A stretch of 64,000 nt of DNA from a virus. Of the stretch, positions 1-9,848 are shown piece by piece; position 1 is the first letter of the stretch, and the number at the start of each line of letters is the position of its first letter. The translations under genes and the position numbers were made by a program. The stretch lies in IMG/VR virus record IMGVR_UViG_3300007639_000002, positions 15,144 to 79,143 of that record. The stretch is one strand, 5' to 3'. Below the pieces are notes generated by a model that was not told the origin of the DNA, ran no database searches, and saw nothing but the letters and a program-made list of their open reading frames with translations.

Positions 1-544
1 TATTAAGAGCCTTTATACACAGGGTTTTGGCAGAGGCTGGGGTTAACTTGCTCTTACCCGTGAGCGCTTTTAATGCTCCTAGAGCATAAGATGCCCCAGT
101 TCCCAATGCATATACACCGCTTTGGTCTGATGCCCATGCGTAACTACTGTCAATGACATAGATGGTGGCGTTAACAACCGCTATGATTTCTGAACTTTGT
201 TCCGCCTTATGGTCAGACGATTCCTTTTCAGGAGAGGCATATCCAGTCTTGTCAAAGCATTCCCTGAGTTCAGGAATGAACTTGTTGGTAAAGAACTTGT
301 CCAGTTGCAATCCAGACAGATTGGCTGTGGGAGTAGGCGGGATAAAGACATGGTGCAGAATATTGATAGCCCGCATGTCTCCTGCTGCACCTAGTAGGTA
401 CTTACCGTTCTTTGCAATCTTGTTAGCGTTTGACCTGATGGTCATTATCTGAGATACAAAGCCACCGGAATCCATTTCGGACAAACGAGAATCATTACCA
501 ATTACGGCAAACCCGTCACCTTGAATTCCTACAATTGTGGTCAC
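1..544 (-). CDS. Ntn-hydrolase, HslV/proteasome beta-like threonine peptidase (runs off the window edge)
   Basis: Hand-translated from GTG at 544: (M)TTIVGIQGDGFAVIGNDSRLS...KIAKNGKYLLGAAGD...YALGTGASYALGAL. N-terminal Thr nucleophile and GxG motif of T1 peptidases. Absent from the ORF track. Confidence 0.75.
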   Translation of the reverse strand, partial: MTTIVGIQGDGFAVIGNDSRLSEMDSGGFVSQIMTIRSNANKIAKNGKYLLGAAGDMRAINILHHVFIPPTPTANLSGLQLDKFFTNKFIPELRECFDKTGYASPEKESSDHKAEQSSEIIAVVNATIYVIDSSYAWASDQSGVYALGTGASYALGALKALTGKSKLTPASAKTLCIKALN

Positions 545-1689
545 TCCCCGCCCAGCAACTTTCCTTTATAGAACATTGTTCCGTCATGGATCGGCAACAT
601 CTCAGGATGGAAAGGTCCGTCACCTTCTTGGTAATGAATAATACCAAGACCTTGTTGCCAATCTTCTACGCAGGTAATTGGGCGACCATCTAAGTCCATA
701 CCACCCTTAGTTGATGGCACCATTCCATCTACACGTGCTAGACACCCAAAGGAAATAGCGGCAATGGTTTTTGGACCATCCCAATCACCACGGGTACGCT
801 CAGCCCACTCACGGCGATGGATGTGCCCGTAGACTACAGATGATTTCTCTGTACCTAAGTACTTGTGTGCAGTAGAACCACCCGAAGCCACTTTGGTTCC
901 ATGAATAATCTTGATGCGGTTATTCAACCAAAACTGACTGGCTGGGTATCCAGCAAAGTACTCCACTCCAAAGTCTTCAAAGCGACACAGGAAGGGAATA
1001 GAAAGTACTGGAAAAGAGTCAGGTGTATTACCCTGCTTCAAACCAAATGCTGCTTTTGCGTTGTCAATAATGTAGTTGGTAAGACGAATTTCGTGGTTAC
1101 CCTCCATCCAAACAATACGAGCATGTGGAGCAGCATCTCTAAGTTGTGCACAAAGAGTTGTCAAATAGTTAATGGTTGCCTGTGTAGTTAATGAGAACGC
1201 AGGACTCAAACGATACTTTGACATTTCAGGAAGGTCTGCGTTGTCACCGTTAAGTGCAATGATGTCAGGCTTCTCTTCTTTAATGACTGTAAGAGCGTAA
1301 TCCATAGCAACTGGATCATGGGTACTAATTAATTCTCCATTAGCATCTCTAAAAAAACCAGCCTGAATATCAGGAAGAACAACACACTTCTTCCAATTAG
1401 ATATTGATTGCTTAACAGTAACCTTAGGCAACTTAATAGAAGGTCCTTGATATACAGGGTCCCATTCAGGTCCTTCAGCCCACTTAGGTGAAAACTGAAT
1501 AGCAGCAAGGTCATGTACTTGTGCTTCACCATCTTGGTCTTTAGTTAAAGACTGGTAAAGAGATACACGTTTTACAGAACCAATTTCATTGATGTCAATG
1601 TTTTGACGATCAAGAATTTCAACAAGACGACCAAGCGCTTGTGCTTTTGATTCAGGTGGGTTACTCAGTTTATTTGCCAAATCGCTCAC
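541..1689 (-). CDS. Calcineurin-like metallophosphoesterase
   Basis: Motifs LPDIQ, LNGDNAD, MEGNHE, IIHG, YGHIHR. Confidence 0.8.
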   Translation of the reverse strand: MSDLANKLSNPPESKAQALGRLVEILDRQNIDINEIGSVKRVSLYQSLTKDQDGEAQVHDLAAIQFSPKWAEGPEWDPVYQGPSIKLPKVTVKQSISNWKKCVVLPDIQAGFFRDANGELISTHDPVAMDYALTVIKEEKPDIIALNGDNADLPEMSKYRLSPAFSLTTQATINYLTTLCAQLRDAAPHARIVWMEGNHEIRLTNYIIDNAKAAFGLKQGNTPDSFPVLSIPFLCRFEDFGVEYFAGYPASQFWLNNRIKIIHGTKVASGGSTAHKYLGTEKSSVVYGHIHRREWAERTRGDWDGPKTIAAISFGCLARVDGMVPSTKGGMDLDGRPITCVEDWQQGLGIIHYQEGDGPFHPEMLPIHDGTMFYKGKLLGGE

Positions 1690-1954
1690 AAGAACACTCC
1701 TTGTTTACGTGGCGTTGAGTGGTGCTTACACTAAGTGAATAACCAAAGTTTTTAAGAACTTTAGTAAGCCAAGCAGTACTGTACGTTTTTGCTTTACCTA
1801 CTCCGGCTTCATCACGAATACCGTTTACGGCTTTATCAAGTGCTGCTTTTTCAGCATCGTTAAGGTTCTCACGTATCTGTGAAAACTTACAAGTAGCAGG
1901 GTAGTTGCCGTTGTCTGGCTTGTTTAAAGCCTCTAGCAAAGAATCGGGTGTCAT
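1670..1954 (-). CDS. Hypothetical protein
   Basis: 94 aa ORF overlapping the start of the phosphoesterase. Confidence 0.6.
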   Translation of the reverse strand: MTPDSLLEALNKPDNGNYPATCKFSQIRENLNDAEKAALDKAVNGIRDEAGVGKAKTYSTAWLTKVLKNFGYSLSVSTTQRHVNKECSCERFGK

Positions 1955-2035
1955 GCGTAATCCTTTTGGTAGCCAAAGTGCCCCTCACGAACACTTTCAC
2001 TATCATACTAGCACTCCACGCATGGACGCAACTAA

Positions 2036-2287
2036 TTATTTCTTCAGATGCCAATCAATATGACCGTCTAAGCGGTCACCAACGTGGGTAACACTATCTT
2101 GTACCTTGGTCAACCTACGAATAATTATATTATTCTCATCTTGCACTTGATCTAGTTTATGCATAACTATGCCGTGATCTAGGCTATTTGATTTCTGCAT
2201 GTGGCGAAACTCTTTAATTGCAAGCCCAACTAAACCCCCAAGTACGGGAATGGTAGCGGCAATGATAGTTGCCCATGCAGCGTTCAT
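2036..2287 (-). CDS. Small membrane protein, holin-like
   Basis: N-terminal TM helix followed by a coiled-coil-like tail. Confidence 0.5.
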   Translation of the reverse strand: MNAAWATIIAATIPVLGGLVGLAIKEFRHMQKSNSLDHGIVMHKLDQVQDENNIIIRRLTKVQDSVTHVGDRLDGHIDWHLKK

Positions 2288-2290
2288 AAA

Positions 2291-3334
2291 TTACATCCCA
2301 TGCCCAAGATCAAAATGAGCACGACGAATGGCAACAGGGACATCAGCCGCTGCACCTGCTCTATGTTCACGGACAAATCCAAACCTATTGGAATGGGGAT
2401 TTAATGCATAAGCGCCAGTCCCAAAATTGCCTTGTAGTTTTTCAGTAAGGGCACCAATGTGCCCTCTTTCAGGATCTGCCCAACGAGCATCGTCACGATC
2501 CATATTAAATGTAGGGGCAGTTATTGTTCTACCTGCTTTATCCTCAATAACCATAAATGGATGAGGTTCTTCTTTTCTTGTTTTTATTACTGGAACTGCA
2601 ACGTTTCTGCCACTTTCCAAAACTTGTTGAATACGTGGAGCAGTAGTAAGTTCACTTACGCTTCCTGTAATATGAACACCTTTATAAGGAATTGTTTCTT
2701 CTTTATCTACAGCATCCCGCATAGTTTCTTTAGAATATTCAGAAGTTGTAGCCCCCGTAAGATGCTTCAACTCCTTTGGAATCATAATTCCACTTGGGTG
2801 CTTTTCAAAATCACCAATAATAGTTGGGGCAGTAGGTAATTTATGCCAAGGAATATCACTTAGAGTGTTGCGGCGAAATACTGGGTGTAAACCATTCTGC
2901 CAAGCATCTTCAGCATGTGCTCGTTGGGAATCTCGTAAGTGCGCCAAAAACAAGTCTGGATGCAAATGGGCAAACTTGGTGCGAATTACCTGTGCTCTTT
3001 GTGCTGCATCTTGAGAAAAATGACCAGAATCACTGAGGCAATTTTCTCTACATCCCGGAGTAGAGCAAGACCCACAAGTGTCTGTAACTCCTGATGTAGC
3101 CGCTGGCGCTAAAGCCAGTGTTGCTTGTAGTGATAAACGTGCCATTGGGTTAGTAGATGTTTCATTTTTCTTTGTTTTAGTATTAGATTTTTGACCAGTT
3201 AGCAACTGTAAATTTGGACTAGCACCCTCTGATTGGGCAAACTTCTTAAAAGCAGCACCACCTCGTGCTGGTGGGATGGCTCCTAAGTCAGTATCAGATA
3301 CTTCCTGAAGCGTTTTAAAAAGTGGTTTTACCAT
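2291..3334 (-). CDS. GP88-like Cys-motif protein
   Basis: CGSCSTPGCRENCL Cys cluster, RRNTLSD, and DRDDARWAD resemble the phage gp88 family. Confidence 0.5.
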   Translation of the reverse strand: MVKPLFKTLQEVSDTDLGAIPPARGGAAFKKFAQSEGASPNLQLLTGQKSNTKTKKNETSTNPMARLSLQATLALAPAATSGVTDTCGSCSTPGCRENCLSDSGHFSQDAAQRAQVIRTKFAHLHPDLFLAHLRDSQRAHAEDAWQNGLHPVFRRNTLSDIPWHKLPTAPTIIGDFEKHPSGIMIPKELKHLTGATTSEYSKETMRDAVDKEETIPYKGVHITGSVSELTTAPRIQQVLESGRNVAVPVIKTRKEEPHPFMVIEDKAGRTITAPTFNMDRDDARWADPERGHIGALTEKLQGNFGTGAYALNPHSNRFGFVREHRAGAAADVPVAIRRAHFDLGHGM

Positions 3335-3336
3335 AT

Positions 3337-3831
3337 TTAGTCTACCTTTATCGGGTTGTTACGGCGAGTTTCTGTGTTTCCCCTGTTTTCCGATTTGTAG
3401 GCACGGCGACCAGCGTTCTTGTATTCCTTTTTAGTGGCGTTCTCTTCTTGTGGAGTAACGACTTCATCGGCAGAGGATTCTTTAAACTGTTGCGGAGCAA
3501 AGTTTTGCATAGGGTCAACCGGTGCAGGCCCTACCGCTTCCATGTTCTTTTCAACCCTTACAACGCCAGTAGAACCCCTGTGCTGGGCGCTGTAATCAGA
3601 ACCATAGGCTATAGGGCGTGGCAAGGCAGGCTTTGATGCGTGTATACCATTACGGAAATGGATGCTTCTAGAAGCGTTGTATTTATTAAATACAAATCCA
3701 GAACCGGCGTACACAGGGGATATGGGCATGCCAGATCCTGTAAAGGTGAGTTGGGGGGTATACCCCTGCCCAACTACTACCTCGTTTTGCCCTGCGTCAG
3801 CGGTCTGGGATATTTCCCCAGCCGCTTCCAC
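3337..3831 (-). CDS. Hypothetical protein
   Basis: 164 aa ORF, tightly packed with its neighbours. Confidence 0.55.
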   Translation of the reverse strand: MEAAGEISQTADAGQNEVVVGQGYTPQLTFTGSGMPISPVYAGSGFVFNKYNASRSIHFRNGIHASKPALPRPIAYGSDYSAQHRGSTGVVRVEKNMEAVGPAPVDPMQNFAPQQFKESSADEVVTPQEENATKKEYKNAGRRAYKSENRGNTETRRNNPIKVD

Positions 3832-3833
3832 GA

Positions 3834-4247
3834 CTAATCGCTTACGACAGTTGGGTTTGGACGGTTCATTTTACCGCCCGTGTTGTATTCATACTCAAAA
3901 GATGGCATTCCATCGCCAGCCATTGCGCCCTGAACAAAGTCAGACAACACTGTAGGTGCTTCAATCCAAGATGCAGAACCTACGTGAGCACGCTCACGCA
4001 TTGTGTCCATTGCATGCTTGTAGAACATCTCAGGGTTATTATGGTTGTCACGTCCGGGTGCAGACGTTGTGTCCATATATGCGCCTTGAGCAAAGTCATT
4101 AGGTACATCGGTGTCTGTGGCTACGCCTTCTTCAAAACGAAGTGGTCCCTTGTTACCGGGAATGCTAGGTGCAAAACTACGTTCAAATACGGGTGTGCCT
4201 TTTTCAGGGAACATCGGTGCTGGTGCTACGTTCACTAAATCCTCCAA
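3834..4247 (-). CDS. Hypothetical (possibly virion) protein
   Basis: ORF directly downstream of the terminase; the real start may be the GTG after GGAGGA. Confidence 0.55.
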   Translation of the reverse strand: MEDLVNVAPAPMFPEKGTPVFERSFAPSIPGNKGPLRFEEGVATDTDVPNDFAQGAYMDTTSAPGRDNHNNPEMFYKHAMDTMRERAHVGSASWIEAPTVLSDFVQGAMAGDGMPSFEYEYNTGGKMNRPNPTVVSD

Positions 4248-4294
4248 ATAGGGGTGTGGTTACTTACTATTACTTTACACTATTTTGATAGTGC

Positions 4295-5857
4295 TTACCT
4301 AAAAAACGGGTTATCAGCCACCATGATCTGGGGCATCGTGTCCTGAACCGTCATATGGCAGGCAATAGCAAGACTGTCGGGGTAGTCGTCAAAGGCTCCC
4401 TTTTCGTCAGGAGCAGCGGCGAGCATGTACGGGCCACGGTAAACCTTTTCAAGATCAGACATTTGTTGGTTAAAACGCTTCCACATACGGTTACGTCGTG
4501 CCTTAGAGTGTCCCGGAATAATCAACTGATCACGCTGAATCAGTTCAGTTAAGTGAACCCACCGCTCATGCTGTGCCTTGGAGTCAGAGGATACCGAAAG
4601 TACTTCAATGTCTGGTAGCAATACCTGTAGACGTTCGGCTACCGCACCACCAACACCCTGTGCGTCTACACCCATGCGTAGAACGTCATAGTTTCTGATG
4701 AAGTCAATAATCTGAAAGTATTGGCTTTCCCAGTCCTCGTTGTTAATTTCCATCCAGTTAAGAATACGGTGCTCGTAGAAGCCAAATGGGTCTGGGTGGT
4801 CCCAGTCAACCCATACGGCGGTTACTACCGTGGAGTCATTGGCACGGGCTACGTCCACTCCGATAACAACAGGGGTACGCCACCACTGCTTGACCAGCCC
4901 CATAGACGGGTCATACATACGCTCCATGCGTTCTTCGGTGACAAACATACCCTTTTCCAGTACCCACTTGTTGCAGTAGGACATTTGGAATTCGTCAGAG
5001 TCTTCCCCAATGCGTAGTTTTTCTTTAGAAATAAACTTGGCATAGTTGTTGTTGTACTTAGCGGCAGTGCGCCAGTCATATTCAAAGTGGGCTTGGCGTA
5101 CCCTACGGCTGTTGATGGTACGTCGTTTGTTGTACTGAATCATTTTGTAGAAGTAGCATTTGTTTCTACTAGCCGTACCAGTCAAACAAATAGAACCGTT
5201 GTTAAACGCCAACATTGGTTTGATTGACTTGGTAATCATAAACTCGTCGGCTTCTTGAGCCTCGTCAATAAGAACAAAGTGATAGGTCTTAGATTCAATC
5301 TTTGCTTTAGGGTTACAAGTCTGCATACGACAGATAGAGCCTGAGTGCTTGAGGGTAATGATGCGACCACGACCACGTGTACCACCGGATGTGGCTTTGT
5401 CGTCAATCTCTGGGTCAAGCAGGAAGTCCATTGCATGATCGCTAGTTAACTTACTTACAATACGCCCAAACACCGTTTCAGCCTGCTCTTCAACAGGTGC
5501 AAACACCCCTACCCAAAAGCCTTTGTCAAACTTACTAAGCCACGTTGGGTATATAGGTGCCAACTTTGGAAGGATGACCATCATTGAAGCGCATACATTA
5601 GAGAGCACTTCAGACTTACCCGACTGACGGGTAGCCACTACAGTTATTTCTTCACCGTCACCCAAGATGATTGATTCAATAAGACGGTACGCAATAGGTA
5701 CTTGGTATGGAAAGAGTGTGATATTACAAAACTCTTCCATAAAGATAATCAATCGTTTTACGAGATTATCAATAAACTCAGCAGAGGTTTCGTCTAACTC
5801 TTCTGCTAAATCCGCTTCCGCCTCAGCGTTTTCTATTTGTTCTTCTTCTGTGAGCAC
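4295..5857 (-). CDS. terL: Terminase large subunit
   Basis: Walker A ATRQSGKS, Walker B VLIDEAQ, RNase H-like nuclease motifs IGVDVA and DDYPDS. Confidence 0.9.
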   Translation of the reverse strand: MLTEEEQIENAEAEADLAEELDETSAEFIDNLVKRLIIFMEEFCNITLFPYQVPIAYRLIESIILGDGEEITVVATRQSGKSEVLSNVCASMMVILPKLAPIYPTWLSKFDKGFWVGVFAPVEEQAETVFGRIVSKLTSDHAMDFLLDPEIDDKATSGGTRGRGRIITLKHSGSICRMQTCNPKAKIESKTYHFVLIDEAQEADEFMITKSIKPMLAFNNGSICLTGTASRNKCYFYKMIQYNKRRTINSRRVRQAHFEYDWRTAAKYNNNYAKFISKEKLRIGEDSDEFQMSYCNKWVLEKGMFVTEERMERMYDPSMGLVKQWWRTPVVIGVDVARANDSTVVTAVWVDWDHPDPFGFYEHRILNWMEINNEDWESQYFQIIDFIRNYDVLRMGVDAQGVGGAVAERLQVLLPDIEVLSVSSDSKAQHERWVHLTELIQRDQLIIPGHSKARRNRMWKRFNQQMSDLEKVYRGPYMLAAAPDEKGAFDDYPDSLAIACHMTVQDTMPQIMVADNPFFR

Positions 5858-5883
5858 GTACTAAGCATACTCCAATAGTAAGT

Positions 5884-5970
5884 GTGAGCACCCGGGAAGG
5901 AAAGGGGGACAACCCGGGTGCTCACGGGGCTGCTGGAAAAGAAGGGAAAACCAGCAGACGACTAAGTATA
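5884..5970 (-). ncRNA. Candidate two-hairpin sRNA with C/U-rich loops
   Basis: TATACT (5965-5970), then a 7 bp stem (5930-5957) and a perfect 13 bp stem GTGAGCACCCGGG (5884-5925). Intergenic. Confidence 0.45.
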
Positions 5971-5971
5971 T

Positions 5972-6190
5972 CTAGTGGATGTCTCGCTGTGCAAGTTCAT
6001 CCCAAACTGAATTAAGAACAGTCAGCGCTTCTGACACTTCTTCTTTAGGACCATCTTTAAACCGCCACTTATCAAATGACGCTGCAAAGTTCATGATGGT
6101 GGAATCCATCCAAGGGGTAAGCGCTGACGTTTCCATTTTTGCAATACGGTTATCCGCTTTTGCTTTTAACTCTTTGTTAAAAAACCTCAT
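5972..6190 (-). CDS. Hypothetical protein
   Basis: 72 aa ORF with stop/start coupling to the upstream gene. Confidence 0.55.
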   Translation of the reverse strand: MRFFNKELKAKADNRIAKMETSALTPWMDSTIMNFAASFDKWRFKDGPKEEVSEALTVLNSVWDELAQRDIH

Positions 6191-6774
6191 TACCAGTTTC
6201 CAATTTCACTAGGGGTGTCATCAGTAAACCTACCCTGAATAGCGGCGAGTACGCCAGTCTCATCAGTCAACTGTTGCCTCTTACAAAAGCCAATTTGAAG
6301 GGTGTATTTGAAAGCCCGCACTTGGATACCTTTACCGTGCCTCCAAGGTGGGTTTATTTCTTTCATAAACCCTGTAGCAATTAAAGGGGTATTAGCAGGA
6401 ACGTAGTCTCGTACTATTAAATAAACTCTGCCTACAGCCTGCACGGTGTTTAATGTGTTTTTAAAAAGAAAATAAGAAAAAAACAAAACAAAATACGTAA
6501 AGTACAAACCTTTAAAGCCGTGTACAACGGTCAAGATTAAGGTGGTTAATACAGTTAAAACAAAACCAACTAAAGGTGTGTACGCTTTACTCAGGGAAAG
6601 CGTCTGCTCCACCCAGTTTCGTGTAGTTATACCTATCCAATGACTTATGAACATACGCTCCCTTTGAATTGCTTCTTGAGAAGTCGTGGTATATAGCGAG
6701 TGGGACGTTTTCATATTTGTAGACATCTGGTCCTTTTGGTCTTCCATTTTTTCTAGTTCCCTCAAATAGTACAT
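6190..6774 (-). CDS. Hypothetical membrane protein (true start probably downstream of 6587)
   Basis: Two hydrophobic helices; the 5' part overlaps the 6587-7069 gene. Confidence 0.45.
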   Translation of the reverse strand: MYYLRELEKMEDQKDQMSTNMKTSHSLYTTTSQEAIQRERMFISHWIGITTRNWVEQTLSLSKAYTPLVGFVLTVLTTLILTVVHGFKGLYFTYFVLFFSYFLFKNTLNTVQAVGRVYLIVRDYVPANTPLIATGFMKEINPPWRHGKGIQVRAFKYTLQIGFCKRQQLTDETGVLAAIQGRFTDDTPSEIGNW

Positions 6775-7069
6775 AAACAGTACCCAAGTTATTTGAGGTA
6801 GGGATTAAAGTATTAATTCCACCTTTAGGAATAAATTTATGTTTAGTAAGGCGGGTGCTGAACTGAGGTCCTTTTCCATAGTTCTCAGGTACTTCTACTA
6901 AAGAATTTACGTCTTCTGTGTTTGTTTGGTAGAGGTCGGCAATTGTCTTAGTACGGCTGATAACTTTTTGAGTTACCTCATCCGGAATAGCCCAAGGGAA
7001 AGCAGCACCTTCATTGTAGTCTACGTTACCTTTACCCCTGTTGGGACCAAGCCCACCTTTTCTAGCCAT
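6587..7069 (-). CDS. KTSC-domain-like protein
   Basis: C-terminal VYVLF...YKYENVP...F..SNSKGAYV pattern of KTSC domains. Confidence 0.55.
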   Translation of the reverse strand: MARKGGLGPNRGKGNVDYNEGAAFPWAIPDEVTQKVISRTKTIADLYQTNTEDVNSLVEVPENYGKGPQFSTRLTKHKFIPKGGINTLIPTSNNLGTVYVLFEGTRKNGRPKGPDVYKYENVPLAIYHDFSRSNSKGAYVHKSLDRYNYTKLGGADAFPE

Positions 7070-7203
7070 TACCTACCTGTTGGGATTGCTGTGAGTTAAG
7101 TGCTTTTAAAACTGCCAACTCTACATTGAGTCGTGCAATTTCATTAGTAAGGTGCTGAATGACCTGTTGTAGGTCTACTTGCTGGTCTTCCATTTGATGT
7201 CCT

Positions 7204-7761
7204 TTAGGCTGGTTTTAATGCTGGTGGCACTTTATCAGCAATGGCGTACTGCCAGTGCCATGCTTCAAACTCTGCTGACGTAGGGTCAGAGCCTTGAAGG
7301 TAGAAGCCGTATTTAGGACCATTGGTGCACATCCACTTAAGCATCTTAGGGTGTGCCGAAAGGCTTTCAATCTTGCCCTTGATCTCTACACCAAGGTCAA
7401 TAGCAAGACCCCATCCGTGATTTGACTTGCCGGGAGTTGAGCAGGGGGCCATGCCGGGCTTGAGGTACCAAGTAGCACCTTCATAGGTACGGGTTACTTG
7501 TGGCTTGCGACCTTTGTCTTCTTTGGAGTAACGCTCAAGAAACAATTTTAATGCTGGCTCAAGTGGGCGGTAGTCACCAATGTTCTTAAGTTCAATACCA
7601 GCGGCTAAAGCAGCGTCGTACATGGCATTGAAAGACTTAGCGGCGGTAATCCACATTTGACCACCACATTTTACTTTTGCAAGTAAAGCGGCATCCATTT
7701 TACCGTTAGGCACTTTTGCAAGTGAGGGGGGCATGACCAGTTTGATGTAAGGATATTCCAT
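7204..7761 (-). CDS. M15 (VanY-like) peptidase, probable endolysin
   Basis: YR, SNHGWGLAID (SxHxxGxAxD) and EAWHW motifs. Confidence 0.8.
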   Translation of the reverse strand: MEYPYIKLVMPPSLAKVPNGKMDAALLAKVKCGGQMWITAAKSFNAMYDAALAAGIELKNIGDYRPLEPALKLFLERYSKEDKGRKPQVTRTYEGATWYLKPGMAPCSTPGKSNHGWGLAIDLGVEIKGKIESLSAHPKMLKWMCTNGPKYGFYLQGSDPTSAEFEAWHWQYAIADKVPPALKPA

Positions 7762-7770
7762 GCACCCAGT

Positions 7771-8829
7771 TTAGCGCAGTTCGTACCAGCCAGCGCCCCA
7801 CAAAGACAACAACCGATTGAAGTATTTGTCATACATCATGGCAACCGTATCTAAACCGTATCGTTCCTTGGCGTACTTACTAATGGCTTTACGGTCAAGG
7901 GTTTTGACGTTCTCAGCGGCATCCACAAACTCTTGCAGAGAATGGCACCTAAAACCCGTTACGCCGTCAATGACCGTTTCCGTGAATGCACCCCAGTCGG
8001 TAGATATAACTGGGGAGCCACATGCCATAGCCTCAATAGCAACAGTGCCAAAAGGCTCAACATAAAGAGTTGGGGTAAATGTGGCGATAGCACCACCCAT
8101 TAACTTGGCCCGCTCCTCTGTACCCACCACACCGACGTATTCACCGTATTCTGGGGGAATGCCCTGCCCAGCGATGATTAGGCGCTTACCGAGCAATTTA
8201 CATACGTCTACGGCAATCTGGTACCCCTTACGGTCAATCAGACGACCAATGTACAAATAGTAGTCATCAGATGTTTCCTGTAGCGGGAAGTCTTTAACGT
8301 CAATGTAACTTGGGATTACGGTGTCAAAGAACTTGCCGTCAAGGGCGTGGGGGTCAGTTACCTTAGATCCATAGCAGGAGTGCATCCACGCATAAGACTC
8401 AAACACTTTGTAGTCTGCAAATGAACCACCATACCCAATACCAAACTCTACGCTGAGCGCTTGAGGGAATGCGTCTGCAATAGGTTTAGAAGCATAACCT
8501 GTAATTAGGCAAATAAAGTCTTGTTGTTCAAGGCGTTTGCCAATCTCCCTAATCGCATTACCATTAAATGTCTGCCAGTGAGGAAGATTCCAGTCAAAAG
8601 AAGCCGCTGAGTAATGGTTACTACCAACTGCCTCTAAACGCTGTTCTTCAGTAATGCACGTAATCCATTCGTCACATGGCGCTTCATTGGATGAGCCTGC
8701 GTACAAGTACACAGTGTGCCCAAGGCTCTTCATCATGATGCAGAACTTACGGACTTTCTCTGTGTAGGCACAGGCCGTGAATTCTTCTGTTGTATTTGTG
8801 TGGGGAAGGCTAACTACGTGAAAACGCAC
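7771..8829 (-). CDS. GT4 family glycosyltransferase
   Basis: YIGRL..RKG and EPFGTVAIEAMACGSPVI. Confidence 0.85.
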   Translation of the reverse strand: MRFHVVSLPHTNTTEEFTACAYTEKVRKFCIMMKSLGHTVYLYAGSSNEAPCDEWITCITEEQRLEAVGSNHYSAASFDWNLPHWQTFNGNAIREIGKRLEQQDFICLITGYASKPIADAFPQALSVEFGIGYGGSFADYKVFESYAWMHSCYGSKVTDPHALDGKFFDTVIPSYIDVKDFPLQETSDDYYLYIGRLIDRKGYQIAVDVCKLLGKRLIIAGQGIPPEYGEYVGVVGTEERAKLMGGAIATFTPTLYVEPFGTVAIEAMACGSPVISTDWGAFTETVIDGVTGFRCHSLQEFVDAAENVKTLDRKAISKYAKERYGLDTVAMMYDKYFNRLLSLWGAGWYELR

Positions 8830-9174
8830 TTAGAACCACCAGAAGTGTTTAAGGATTGAAAGTGATGCAAGTACAACCCAAGCGCAGTTAAACAAAATGA
8901 TTGTTGGAAGTGTTTTACGGGTTGAAGTCCAAATAAGAGCAACGCTTGAGATAATGGCAAAGATGTAGAGCCACCAGAATTGTTTGCCAAGAAGTAGACC
9001 GGGAAAGATAATTGCAATCTTGGTAGCAAATCCCCACGCCTCTACTGTGTTTACCTTGTTCCAGTACTTCTTGGAACTCATGGTCTTGACAGCGTTAAAT
9101 ACCTTGTTGTCCATTTTTGGTTTCTTAATAAACGGTTTGTAAGTTTCCCCAAGTAAGGGGGATAAGTCTTCCAT
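8830..9174 (-). CDS. Small membrane protein
   Basis: Three hydrophobic segments. Confidence 0.55.
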   Translation of the reverse strand: MEDLSPLLGETYKPFIKKPKMDNKVFNAVKTMSSKKYWNKVNTVEAWGFATKIAIIFPGLLLGKQFWWLYIFAIISSVALIWTSTRKTLPTIILFNCAWVVLASLSILKHFWWF

Positions 9175-9848
9175 TAAAAGCGTTCCTCAAGTTTTTTAAG
9201 TGGGTACTGGTCCATCTTTGCAGAGAACCATTCCTTCATAGCATTTGAAATGTTTGGAAACTCGGTAGGGCGTGTTCTAGCATTTAGGTCACCCTTGAGA
9301 TATCTAAACACATGCATGTCTGGCATGTTCTCTATTTCTTGATACAACTCTGACGGCATCTCCATGACTTCAAAGAAGCGTTTGGAGTGGGTTGCAATTG
9401 CTTGGGTATTGTTCCAAGGCTCTTCGGTAACTTTTGACCATTCATATGTCAAGCGGAGCCACTCTCCAAGGCTCTTTGCCAACCATGTCTGTGTCTCCAT
9501 AGGTGGATTATGCGTTTCCATCTCTGGTGCAGGTGTACCTAAGTTGCCAAACACCCCGTCCTCTTTGTACAACTCAAAGTACATTACAAAGAAATCAGGA
9601 GCAGCGTCTATTAATTCTTTGTTATTGCCTACGTTTGGTAGGGCAAACCATGTTGCACCAAAGTGTGTCTTTGTTTCTGGGTTCCATGCAAACCCTACTG
9701 GCGCATAGTTCAAGTTGTCACAACGACCAGCCTGAGCAGCAAACTTGCTTTCGTCTACAAAAACAGCCCGTGCAAGAGCAAACAATCCATGATTGTTGAC
9801 ATCAAAAGGTTTAAAAACTTTAGTCTCTTTAAAAGAATCGCTTACCAT
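9174..9848 (-). CDS. Hypothetical protein
   Basis: 224 aa ORF within an operon. Confidence 0.6.
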   Translation of the reverse strand: MVSDSFKETKVFKPFDVNNHGLFALARAVFVDESKFAAQAGRCDNLNYAPVGFAWNPETKTHFGATWFALPNVGNNKELIDAAPDFFVMYFELYKEDGVFGNLGTPAPEMETHNPPMETQTWLAKSLGEWLRLTYEWSKVTEEPWNNTQAIATHSKRFFEVMEMPSELYQEIENMPDMHVFRYLKGDLNARTRPTEFPNISNAMKEWFSAKMDQYPLKKLEERF

